DNA from: Mobula hypostoma
Lineage: Eukaryota
Direction of reading: 5' to 3'
DNA length: 64,000 bases
Assembly (NCBI RefSeq): GCF_963921235.1
Contig: NC_086109.1
Location: forward strand, 19,966,001 to 20,030,000
Shown here piece by piece: positions 1 to 11,244 of the stretch; positions within the stretch are counted from its first letter, which is position 1, and each line of letters starts with the position of its first letter. The notes beneath the pieces were generated by a model. That model had not been told where the DNA came from, searched no databases, and saw only the letters and a list, made by a program, of their open reading frames with translations. Position numbers and translations under genes: made by a program.

Positions 1-329
1 TGTGTTCCCCCCATGACCTTTCCTTATGAACCTCCTCTGGACCCTTGCCAGAGCCAGCACATCTGTCCTCAGATGGAGGCCCAAAATGCAGTCTGATCAA
101 TGCCTTTTAAAGACCCAGCGGTATATCCTTGTTTTTATGTTCTTGTCCTAGTGCCATTTTAAATCAATAAAACTGTTAACCCTTCACTTAAAATGCAGTT
201 ACATCTGCAGATCTAACATGATCTTTGACATGGAAATATTTCTTTATTTCCAAGAATAAAAAAAATAGCAAACTTGTGTTTTTAGCTTGATGTTCTTGCA
301 ACGTAAGATCTCAAAGTTGTAACTGTGTG

Positions 330-530
330 GTAGAACTACCCCAACCCTATCACGGACTATTTTTTTTTCTCTTTCCCTCCCTTTCTCCACTTCTCTGCAT
401 CTTAAAACCTTTCTCCATTCTGATCAGGGTTGTCAGCCTGAAACGTTACCCCTGTTTCCCTCTCCACAGATACTGACTGACCTGTGGAGCATTTCTGCTA
501 TACTCCTCATATATCGTCAGATTTCCAGCA
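330..530 (+). mobile_element. Penelope-like element 3' terminal fragment
   Basis: Pyrimidine tract then ctgatcagggttgtcagcctgaaacgtt...cagatactgactgacctg...tttccagcat, similar to the termini of the PLE copies at 25700 and 59600. Confidence 0.6.
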
Positions 531-769
531 TTTGGTCTCACGTCCCAGTGTGTAAATGTTTCCACCTCATTTTGGAGGAGACATTCCACCTGCTGACCCT
601 CAGGTCACTGGGCTGGAGAACAACAAAGAGGTTATTCGCTAGTCAGCTCATTGCCATTTTATTGCACAAGCTCAGTGCTCTTTTTGAGATATAGTAGGCT
701 CTGCATGCAAGAGGACTACATTTGCACAGGAGTGACAGTGGCTCAGAAGAATGGGGGTACCTAGAAGAA

Positions 770-1145
770 TAAGTGGACTTTCATTAAAACCTATTAAATA
801 TTGAAAAGCCTAGATGAAGTGGACATGGAGACAATGTTTCCTACAGCTAGGGAGTCTAGTACCAGAGGTCACAACCTCTGAGTGGAAGGATGACCCCTTA
901 GAACAGAGGCGAAGAGGAATTTCTTTAGCCAGAGGGTGGTGAATCTGTGGAATTCACTACCACAGGTGGATGTGGAGTCCAAGTCATTGGATATTTTAAA
1001 TCAGAGGTTGAAAGGTTCTTGATTCGCAAGAGCATCAGAGAATAGGGGGCGAAGGCAGGAGAATAGGGTTGAATATACCATGATAGAATGCAGAACAGAC
1101 TCAATGGGCTGAATGGCCTACTTCTGCTCCTATGTCTTATGGTCG
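770..1145 (+). mobile_element. CR1 LINE 3' fragment
   Basis: CR1 ORF2 C-terminal sequence (aggaatttctttagccagagggtggtgaatctgtggaattc) and tail atgggctgaatggcctacttctgctcctatgtcttatgg. Confidence 0.8.
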
Positions 1146-2029
1146 TATAATCTGTTCAGTGTGAGAGGGAATGCAATGAAGGGTGGTAAAATTTTAACCT
1201 GTGCTTTCTTGGTTGCAGTGGATACTGAGCCTGTCGATTCTAAATGAATTCACATACTCTTTTCAACCACAAGGACTAAATTTGACTGACATCATTCGAG
1301 GAGCTGAGCTCCTCTGTCTTGAAGGAGTTCAGCTGGAGCCTGCTGATGATATGGTGGTGGGGGATCTCTAGGGTGGAGGAGAGCCGCTGTCACCATCTGC
1401 CGGCCCTCTCTTTCTATGCCTACCGTCCCTCTCGATGCCATGATATCTTTTACATCCCCCTAGAGGTCTTATCTAAAAGGCAGCACCTCAGAATGAGTGG
1501 CACTCACTCCGCTCAGCACTGCAAGAGACATCCTAAATTTCAAGCATTTCCAGCCCAATGCTCTTCTATGGCCAGGACATTAGCTCACTCAAAGCAAGGC
1601 TGGGAGAACTTACTCGCTCTCTGTTGACGAATGTGGAAGGCCATGTTAATCATTCGTCATTGCACAAAAACTATTTATAGCTCCCCTTGATTTATTGAAC
1701 CAAGCACATGAGTCAAATAAATTGATTCAGTTTGTCACAACCGAGCTTTATAAAGCCACATCAAAACAGATAATGTGTTTTAATTTATATCTGACTGCCT
1801 TGTGTATGTCATCTCTGAATGGAAAAATTATACCTGATAAGTGCTTTTGTGGTTATCTTTGGAACCTTTGTGAACTCATAGCAGGCAAGCAGGAAACAAT
1901 TTGGCTTGCATTTGAACCACTAAACGCGACAGTGTGAAGGGAAGGTATTCAGCATTGTGCCTGTGTTAAGTCTTTGAAAGGGCTCTCCAATGGGATCCAC
2001 TATCCCCTCAGCACGTCAAAGGCTGAACA

Positions 2030-2340
2030 CCGCAGCGGGTAGTGCTGCTGCCCTGCAGATCCCACAATCCCAGGTTCGGTCCTGGCCACTGGTGCAACCT
2101 AAATGGGGCTTGTACATTCTAACCCTGTGACCAAATGGGGTTCCCTCATGGTCCAAACATGTGCCGGAGGTTAGGTTAATTTGCCACTATAACATACCTT
2201 CAGTTTTAGAGGGTAGTTGGAGAACCAGGGTGGAGATGATGAGCACGTGACAGAAAAGAGATTACAAGAAAATAAGTGAGTAGGTGGGAGATCTCAGAGC
2301 AGGCATTGATTTGAAGGGCCAAATGGCCTCCTTCTGTGTC
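2030..2340 (+). mobile_element. tRNA-derived SINE with CR1-type tail
   Basis: B-box-like ggttcggtcc, central ttgtacattct...gtgacc domain, tail gggccaaatggcctccttctgtg. Confidence 0.6.
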
Positions 2341-2619
2341 ATGAGAAATAGATGTTTCCCTTTTCAGATTATCATCAGATTTTACATTACTTATTGTTAT
2401 AGTATGATCCAGAAGGTAACAGGTTTTGTGAAGTAATTTATTTTCTTTGCCTTGATCGTTCCACTCACAGTACTCTCGTCATTGTCTGTCTGGACTCCAA
2501 GCCTTGGTAATCCCTCTCTGAACCTTTTTGTTTCTCTGCTGCTTTCTTCTCAAGTTCAAGTTGTCCCTGTTGGCTTAAACTAAACAATCCATCACTTTAG
2601 AACCTGGTAGAATCAAATT

Positions 2620-3420
2620 TAGGTTTATAAATTGTGATGTTTTTTCTGATTTGTGGTGGCAGTATATAGCAGACATAACAAATTACTAAAAGTTTAATAA
2701 AAATAAATAAATAAACTAAAAAAAGAAACAGGAACAGTGAGGTAGTGTTCATGGACTGTACAGGAATCTGATGGTAATGGAAGCTTGTATGGCGTATAGC
2801 TCCGGGGTTGTGCTCCCAATGGTTTTTTTTTTCATTTTTTTTCGGTTAGTAGGGTTTTTTTTGTTTTAGTTAGTAGGGGTTCTTTTTTCCAAATTTTGTT
2901 TTTTCTTATTATTATTAGTACTGTATACTATTTAGCTTGGTTAACCAGTTATTTGATAGCTTAACTCTTATTGTACATATTGATATGTTGATTTGACTAC
3001 TTTAATGTATTTTTGTTGATTTTCAATAATAATTAATAAAAAGATTTAAAAATGAAAATAAAGAAATCTGATGGTAGAGGGGAAGAAGCGGTTTCTAAAA
3101 CACTAAGCGTGAGTCTTCAGGCTCCTGTACCTCCTCCTCGATGGTAGTAATGAGCAGGGAGGGTGTCCTGGCTGATGAGGGTTGTTAATGATCGTGCTGC
3201 CTTTTTCATGTCCTCAATGGTTGGGAGGCTCATGCTTGTGATGAATCTGACTGCGTCTACAACCATTGAAGCCTCTTATGATCCTGTGTATTGATGCCTC
3301 CATACCAGATAGTGATGCTGCCAGTTAGAATGCTCGCCATGGTACATCTGTGGAAATTTGCTGCTGTCTCTTGTGACCTACCAAATCTCCTCAACCTCAT
3401 AATGAAGTATAGCCTTCGTC
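2620..3420 (-). mobile_element. Rex1/Babar-like LINE 3' fragment, interrupted by an L1 tail
   Basis: Antisense of the conserved Rex1 3' sequence also seen at 13300-13800 and 36130-36700. Confidence 0.7.
2777..3064 (+). mobile_element. L1 3'UTR/polyA tail insertion with 12-bp TSD
   Basis: TSD aatctgatggta at 2765-2776 and 3065-3076; T-rich body ending aataaaaagatttaaaaa like the other L1 tails in the window. Confidence 0.75.
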
Positions 3421-4029
3421 ATGATTCATCTTTTTGTAGAACGCACAATATTATAATTATCCACCATGATTCTGGTCATTGTTCCTACTATCCTTGCAGG
3501 TCTTTTCATGTTAAATATTGTTTGAGATGAGAAGGAATGAATAAATGATGTTGCTTATTTGCCTGGCTATGAATGGGATGAAGGGCAGCTTTATGCTCCT
3601 ACATCTCAACAGCACAAGAAGAAAGAGGAGGAAAAGGTATAGGAAGTGTACGGGGGCTGTTGGGCCAAGACAGGAAGGCAGAGGAGCCCTGCTCACAAGA
3701 ATACTGCAATGGCAGAGAATTTCAAGCTTAGCCACAATCATTACACATGGAATTTAATAGCAGCTCTGTCTTGTCCTCTGCACTGAAGTTCAGCTCCACT
3801 GGCTTCCATAACATTTGTAACATGGAGCAAAGGTGAGGCACTGCCTTTCAGATCTGTTTAAACTGAGGTCCTGTCCATCCTCCTAGGCTGAAGAAAAAGA
3901 CCACGGTGCAGCTGACTCCAAGAAACAGAGTATTTATTCCAGTCAAGATTTATTCCTTAAGCAATGTCAGGAAAAAAAAGAGTACCTTTGTTGGGAGTGG
4001 GCCACTGGTGAGAGTGGGAGTGTCAGGCT

Positions 4030-4780
4030 TTGGCTCAAAGGAGGCTTTAGCTCAGAACAGGTGTTGGCTCTGGGTAAGTTTCTGTTAAGATTCCCATTTT
4101 TCTTAGTATGTCAGGGGTACCTAGTGCAGTTTAAATGGCCATTGTGTGTTCTTCATGCCAGATGTTGAAGTCCTGGGAGACTCGGAACTACATCTACATG
4201 CAGTGCATCCAGCTGCAGCTCCCTGAAGACCATGTTAAGGATCTGGAGCAGTTTGTACAGGAGAGTGAAGAGATCATTGATCGGAGTTACAAGGAAGTAG
4301 TCACCCTTAAGTTGCAGGAGGCAAGTAGCTGGGTGACTGTCAGGAGAAATGGAAATGTGAATAGGCAGTTAGCACAGAAAAACCCTGTGCCTGCTCCCCT
4401 CAATAGTAAGTATACCGCTTTGGATTCTGTTGTGGGGGATGACCTCCCAGGAGAATGCCGTGGAGACCGGAGTCTAGGACAATAGGGCACAGCCTCAGGA
4501 TAGAGGGGTGTCCGTTTAAAACAGAGATTCAGAGAAATTTCTTTCGCCAGAGGATGGTGAATTTGTGGAATTTCTTACCACAGGCAGCTGTGGAGGGCAG
4601 GTCATTGTGTGTATTTAAGGCAGAGCTTGATTGTTTCTTAATTGGGTATGACATCAAAGGTTACAGGGAGAAGGCTGGGCATTGGGGCTGAGTAAGAGGA
4701 AAAAATGATCAGCCATGATTGAATCGCAGACCAGCCTCAATGGGCCATATGGCCTAATTCTGCTCCTATGTCTTATGGTA
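4030..4780 (+). mobile_element. CR1 LINE with ORF1 5' region joined directly to the ORF2 3' end
   Basis: ORF 4135-4485 is CR1 ORF1-like (CSSCQM..CIQLQL..EDHVKDLE). From about 4463 the sequence is ORF2 C-terminal (ESRTIGHSLRIEG..RNFF.QR.VNLWN.LP), followed by the CR1 tail. Confidence 0.75.
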
Positions 4781-5964
4781 CCTGGCCACCTGCCTCTTTG
4801 CTACCTGCGGGATCTTGCTGTGCACAGGCTGTGTGTTTGGGAGCATAAGAGTGATGACTACACATTATTAACAAGTAAAGGCAGAGCACCATTTGGATCT
4901 TTGAGGGCATGAAAGGTATTATTTATAATCTACATCAAGCATCCTCTCTCGGTTCCCTTACTACGTGAATTGTCTGCATACAGGAACATAGGCATGGCTT
5001 GATTTAACACTTCACAATACCAGGCTCCCAAAAGTGCCTCACAACCGGTGAGTTCTAATCACCATAGTACCATGGGAAGCCATTTTGTGTGCAGCTGCCA
5101 TCTTTTTATAAAGCAAAGGATCCCATGATCTTCTCCACTCATATTTCATGGGCTCTTATATACAGAACTTACATTAATAACCAGTTGGTTTGAGTGACGT
5201 TTACTGAGAAATATATACCAGTCAGAGACACCACAGCCAATCCCAGAACTTCTTTGAAATGTGGTATTAGGTACTTCACACCCACCTAAATGAACAGATG
5301 GGGTTGATCAGGGCTCAGTAATAAAAAAAAAGCATGGATGAGAAACCAAGAGGTAGCCACTGCACTGAGGTGAAAGGGATGAACCATGTAAACGCAGAGT
5401 GTTAGGAAGCTCGCCAGGGTCAGAATGCACCATCAGGTCAGAGCTATATCAGATATTGCTTGTATTATTGGCTGGCAAAGGCTTGAGCAATGAGCTGCCA
5501 ACGACACTCCCATCAGGAAGTTGTTCATGTTGCTAGTAAGGAACAGGGAACATTCACCCACCTTCTCCCATGCACCGACGGACATAGCTTTCCCTGATGC
5601 ATACATCTGGCTTCAACTGTCTCTGGTATGCCTGGCCATGGGAAAAGGACATTTGTTCTATCAAGTTTCCCTCTGCATATTGATTGATACAAAATGCTGG
5701 AGAAGGTGTTTCTATCTGCCATCCATCCTTCGATTTCCTTCCATATCCAGATATAAGGGTAAATGATTTCAAGGTACCGGAGGTAATCAGACTCCCACTC
5801 TGATCTTGAATCACAGATCATCTTGAATGAGTATTATGAGTAAAGGCATACATTAATTAATTGCAAAGGATAACAAAAGTGTTGCTTCCTCAGAATTTTT
5901 TTTTGCTTATGACAGATATTTTCAGGTTGAAGCTGACACAAGTATAATTTCAGACTACTAGTAT

Positions 5965-6810
5965 CATTTAGGAATTTTGAGAAACAAAAAATTAACCTTT
6001 ATTGAATATAATGTGTTTAATTGCATAATGGTGCTGACGCTTTGCAATAATTCAACTAATCTAAAAAACGTTTTGTTGATGATTTCATTCATACTCAGTG
6101 ACTGAGGCTTTTTGTTTAAGTGTCCAACAATAATCAGCCAGCATTGATGGATTCCAGTTGCCCTGAAACAGTTTCTCCATGACTGCAATGTCCTGGTGAA
6201 ACCTTTCACTGTGCACGTCGCTGATAGCACCAAGATTTGCAGGGAAGTCCATCCAAATTGGAATGCAGAAAATGAATCTTCAGTGACATGTTGCACTCCA
6301 TAGCTCTCTATGCTTGAAGCATGTTGTCAGCCAGCTGCACATAGTTTGGGGCTCTATAGCTGCCAAAATATGTTTCAGCAACATCTGTGAATGCCTTCCA
6401 TGCGATTTTTGCTGGTCCCAGTAGAAGTTCTTCAAATTGCCTGTCATTGATGTCCTTTTGATTTGGGGACCAACAAAAATACATTTCTTAATCTTGGCAT
6501 CTATTACTCTGGGAAACATCTATCTTAAGTATCAAAATTGTTCATGGAAATTTATAGCCTGTCCTGCAATGCACCGTCTGCTCTGCCTAAACATGCCCAG
6601 AAACAACCAGACAAGATAGAAAACCTTTCAGCTGACATTGCGGACATTTTAATTGACTTTTATTAATCATGAATTAAAATAACAAGTATTGTCAATTTTG
6701 AAAAATGGTGCATGTTAGGGTAATTTTATGGTGATTTTCTTGATCAGCAGCCTAAAATCCATAAAATACACCCAAAAGTGTTCAGAAAGCCAAATTTTTG
6801 TTGTCCGGTG
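5965..6810 (-). mobile_element. Decayed DNA transposon, probably CMC/Chapaev3-like; transposase C-terminal remnant
   Basis: Minus-strand remnant CNMSLKIHFLHS.LD.FPANLGAISDVHSERFHQDIAVMEK..QGNWNPSMLADYCWTL and FPRVIDAKIKKCIFVGPQIK; one terminus reads 5'-CACCGGACAACAAAAA. Family assignment is from memory. Confidence 0.6.
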
Positions 6811-7954
6811 TTATTAACCAAGGTACACACACTTATAAGTCAAGGCTTAAATGAATGCACAGACATTTATAATGAGTCAAGATATATTGTATACAGAAGC
6901 ACACTCAGTGATTCAAGCCACACACACATATTTTATCAAGCAAGGTAGCGTATCAAGGGCAAGACCAGTGGTCTGAGAGCTTCACATTTTAAGGGAGTTG
7001 TAGAACCCTTCCTAAAGTGAACCCTTGCACAGACCTGGGACTGAAGTTGAGATCTGTCAACCAAGAGAAGGCTTGCAGTAGAGTCATTTCTTTGCAGGGA
7101 AATGCAATAAAGCATGAACATATTGATCAGGATGAGATTTGACAGTTCAGTGCCTCATACAAGTCTACACTGTCCCTGCAGAGGAAAGGCCTTCCATTAA
7201 CTCTTCTAGCATGTCAGTTTTGGTCTGCTTTGCTCTTTGACATTTGTACTGGTGGTGATGAGAGTCAGCATTCTCCAGGCAATCTTGGATTTAGCTGACC
7301 CTATACTAATCAAAATAAATGGACTGAAAATGTCCCTCAAAATCTGTACTGCTGCCCTGGTTTAAGGTACTTGAATAAAAGGTTTCTGCAAACTATTGCA
7401 TGTAATACTGTACCATGGACTTGTGATTGGATCTTACTTCCTGTCTAGATGTTGCTGTAGACAATGAGAATTTGCAATGTGTGAGGTCCAATTCCAGAAC
7501 AATATCAAGTTTGGGATTATTATAAACTCATATGGATCCATAGTTAAACTCACATATTCATTTATTAATTTATATTGGCATCACATCAACAAACGTCATT
7601 CAATCAAATTCATGACTTCTACCAGCAAGCAGCACAAGGGCAGAGGTTCCAGGGGAACACTACCAAGTTGCCTTTTAGGTCGGACATCTAGCTCCTTCAG
7701 GACCTTTTCTGAAAAAATGTTGTCGTTCCTTCATGATCCCCAGGTCTAAATCTTGGAACTCCCTACCTAATGCCACTAAGTACCTTCACCAGAAGGACTG
7801 CAGCAGTTAAAGGGCTTCTCAAGGGCAATAAATGCTAGCTTTGTGATTGACGCCCAACAAAATGGACAGATATAAAAATAAGTCTGGGTTGTGTTAACAA
7901 TACTAAAGATGTTTAACAAACTGGGTCTCTAATACAGTATAATAAAATATATTA

Positions 7955-8465
7955 CTTTTTTATATTACTTTATTGTCGCCAAACAATTGATACTAGAGCG
8001 TACAATCATCACAGCGATATTTGATTCTGCGCTTCGCGCTCCATGGAGTACAAATCGATAGTAAATATGATAACATTTTAAATTATAAATCATAAATAGA
8101 AAATAGCAAAGGGAAAGTAAGGTAGTTCAAAAAGACCGAGAGGCAGGTCCGGATATTTGGAGGGTACGGCCCAGATCTGGGTCAGGATCCATTCAGCAGT
8201 CTTAACACAGTTGGAAAGAAGCTGTTCCCAAATCTGGCCGTATGAGTCTTCAAGCTCCTGAGCCTTCTCCCGGAGGGAAGAGGGACGAAAAGCATGTTGG
8301 CTGGGTGGGTCGTGTCCTTGATTATCCTGGCAGCACTGCTCCGATAGTGTGCCGTGTAAAGTGAAGACGGAAGATTGGTTTGTGTGATGTGCTGCGCCGT
8401 GTTCACGATCTTCTGCAGCTTCTTCCGGTCTTGGACAGGACAACTTCCATACCAAGTTGTGATAC
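7955..8465 (-). mobile_element. Rex1/Babar-like LINE 3' fragment, relatively young
   Basis: ORF 8182-8517: ITTWYGSCPVQDRKKLQKIVNTAQHIT...HPANMLFVPLPSGRRLRSLKTHTARFGNSFFP; CpGs retained. Confidence 0.85.
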
Positions 8466-8579
8466 TATATATACTAATTAATATAATAATACCAACAGCT
8501 ACCAAACTGGGATTCATCCACCCAAGTAAAATAGGCTAAACTATCTCTTGTCTCAGTTATAACACTCACAATCTAATGT

Positions 8580-8910
8580 GATTTAAAAGATTTAAAGATT
8601 AATTTTATTTGTCACACGTGCTGTATATGGAAACATCAAACATGCATCATTTGCATCAGTGACCAAGAGAGTCCAAGGATGTGCCAGGAGCAGCCCACAA
8701 GTGTCGCTATGCTTCTGACACCAGCAGAACATGCCCCTAACTTACTAACCTCAACCCATACGTCTTTGGACTGTGGGAGGAAACTGAAGCACCCAGAGGA
8801 AACCCAAGTGGTCACGGGAGAACGTAAAATCTCCTTGCATTCGGCGGCGGAATTGAACCCAGATCAATGGCACTGCAAAGATCTATGCTAACCGCTGAGC
8901 TACCATACTG
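8580..8910 (-). mobile_element. tRNA-derived SINE
   Basis: ctttggactgtgggaggaaactgaagcacccagaggaaaccc central domain and aattgaaccc (B-box, antisense). Confidence 0.7.
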
Positions 8911-9179
8911 TCCTTATTGGCTACGTATTTTAAATAACAATGTTACAAACATTTGAGCATTAACCCACTGTCACAGCACAGAACTATGTCAGAGACATCA
9001 CTAAAAGATGTTTTTATGACTTAGGTGATCCCACAGCATTATTTTGAAGGTTGATCTCAGTTTTTCTCCAATCAGTAGACTGGGTTATTTGGTCGTTATC
9101 TCATTGTTCTTCAGTTTAACAAGGTGTACGCAAATTGGCAGCCACATTCCCTGCACTTCCCAACGATCATGTTCCAAAA

Positions 9180-10106
9180 CCATAGAAACCATAGAAACTA
9201 CAGCACAGAAACAGGCCTTTTGGCTGTGCCGAACCATTTTCTGCCTAGTTCCACTGACCTGCACACGGACCATATCCCTCCATACACCTCCCATCCATGT
9301 ATCTGTCCAATTTATTCTTAAATGTTAAAAAAGAACCCACATTTACCACCTCATCTGGCAGTTCATTCCATACTCCCACCACTCTCTGTGTGAAGAAGCC
9401 CCCCTAATGTTCCCTTTAAACTTTTCCCCCCTCACCCTTAACCCATGTCCTCTGGTTTTTTTCTCCCCTTGCCTCAGCGGAAAAAATCTGCTTGCATTCA
9501 CTCTATCTATACCCATCATAATTTTATATACCTCTATCAAATCTCCCCTCATTCTTCTACGCTCCAGGGAATAAAGTCCTAACCTATTCAACCTTTCTCT
9601 GTAACTGAGTTTCTCAAGTCCTGGCAACATCCTTGTAAACCTTCTCTGCACTCTTTCAACCTTATTTATATCCTTCCTGTAATTTGGTGACCAAAACTGA
9701 ACACAATACTCCAGATTCAGCCTCACCAATGCTTATACAACCTCATCATAACATTCCAGCTCTTATACTCAGTACTTTGATTAATAGAGGCCAATGTACC
9801 AAAAGCTCTCTTTACGACCCTATCTACTTGTGACGCCACTTTTAGGGAATTTTGTATCTGTATTCCCAGATCCCTCTGTTCTACTGCACTCTTCAGTGCC
9901 TTACCATTAACCCTGTATGTTCTACCTTGGTTTGTCTTTCTAACGTGCAATACCTCACACTTGTCTGTATTAAACTCCATCTGCCATTTTTCAGCCCATT
10001 TTTCCAGCTGGTCCAAGTCCCTCTGTAGGCTCTGAAAACCTTCCTCACTGTCTACTACACCTCCAATCTTTGTATCATCAGCAAATTTGCTGATCCAATT
10101 TACCAC
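9180..10106 (-). mobile_element. CR1 LINE 3' fragment (RT C-terminal)
   Basis: ORFs 9723-10106 (ISKFADDTKIGG) and 9343-9729 (LEYCVQFWSPNYRKDI); (catagaaac)2 tail. Confidence 0.92.
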
Positions 10107-10869
10107 TCAAAAGGCACTCAAAAGATGACAAAATGCCTTGAGACGATGAGAGCTGTGCAATATTAGAAAATAATATCTTTGTTTCCATTCTAAGCCTTCT
10201 GAATCACAGATATAAACCAGATATGTCAAGGAACAAGGCCAAATTAGGTATCTTGGGTTTTTAGATCTTTTGTGGCCTTAAAAGGACAAAGAGATACCTG
10301 ATGTTGGATAGTAATTAAGTGTAGCACTAAGAAAACACTGTAGTGTTAGAAGTGCTCATATTGCTATGATACTACATCAAGTCCAAGCCAACTATTCTGG
10401 TTGATATCAAAGATCCAACACACTACATAATGAAGGGCATGTGAAGTTATCCATATGTACTAGAACAGGAATCACAGGGAACAGTGAATCCCTCAACATT
10501 GAATGTAATACAATGATCAAAATGATAACTTACATACCAATAAACAGAACATTAATTTGTTCCATATGGAAAAGTTTGGAATTCGCCCAGGAAACTTGAA
10601 GTCCTGCAGAAATACAATTCCTTACATGGATAATGAAAGATGATTTACTGGGTGGGAGTTTACATTTGAGCAAAGACTTTGGGAGAAAAGAAACTTGATT
10701 GAAGTTTACAAAATAAAACTGGGTTACATCAATTCATGCAAGTTTGTTTCCATACTGAGACCAAAAGACATAAGAGCAGAATCAGGCCATTCAGCCCATC
10801 ACATCCGCCCAGTCATGGATTCTGATCCAATAAAATACAAACTATAAGTTGGAAGCAAAGGAACTGAAA

Positions 10870-11078
10870 AAAGAAGAAAGCCCTTAACTCCGAGTGGAGT
10901 CATCGGGATGCTATCATGATGGCGTTTTTTTAGCAGGCTTTCTTAGTTTTACGAGGCCAAGTTGCTAGCTCGACGCTCAACCCAGCATGAATGGAAAACG
11001 TACAAGGGAACCGGCTGGATTCGAACTCGGGAGCCATCGCTCTGAAGTCCGGCGCTGATGCCACTATTCCACCAGCTG
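10870..11078 (-). mobile_element. tRNA-derived SINE (different family)
   Basis: Minus-strand head with A-box tggtggaatagtgg and B-box gagttcgaatcc; ttcttc tail. Confidence 0.7.
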
Positions 11079-11244
11079 GAACCGAGATGGAATTTATTTC
11101 ATTGAAAGATGAAGTGAGAAATTAACATGGTTAGGTTGGGCCGGCTGACAACACCTTGCACTTCTCTAGCACTTTTTCTGTAGTAATCTATCCGAAGATG
11201 ATTCACAAGATGATTATTAATCCAAATGTTGATAACAATCTTCC

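Noticed and set aside
1..172. Open frame ending ...CPQMEAQNAV* followed by AATAAA, as a possible 3' end of a plus-strand gene
   Set aside because: Only 31 codons with no recognisable homology; likely by chance and cannot be judged at the window edge.
3545..3757. Basic ORF (RRKRRKRYRK) and an alternative exon-like frame ending AAG|gtatag
   Set aside because: No acceptor site and no recognisable protein; purine-rich composition explains it.
10980..11078. tRNA gene
   Set aside because: A/B boxes are present but there is no clean cloverleaf and it continues into a SINE body.
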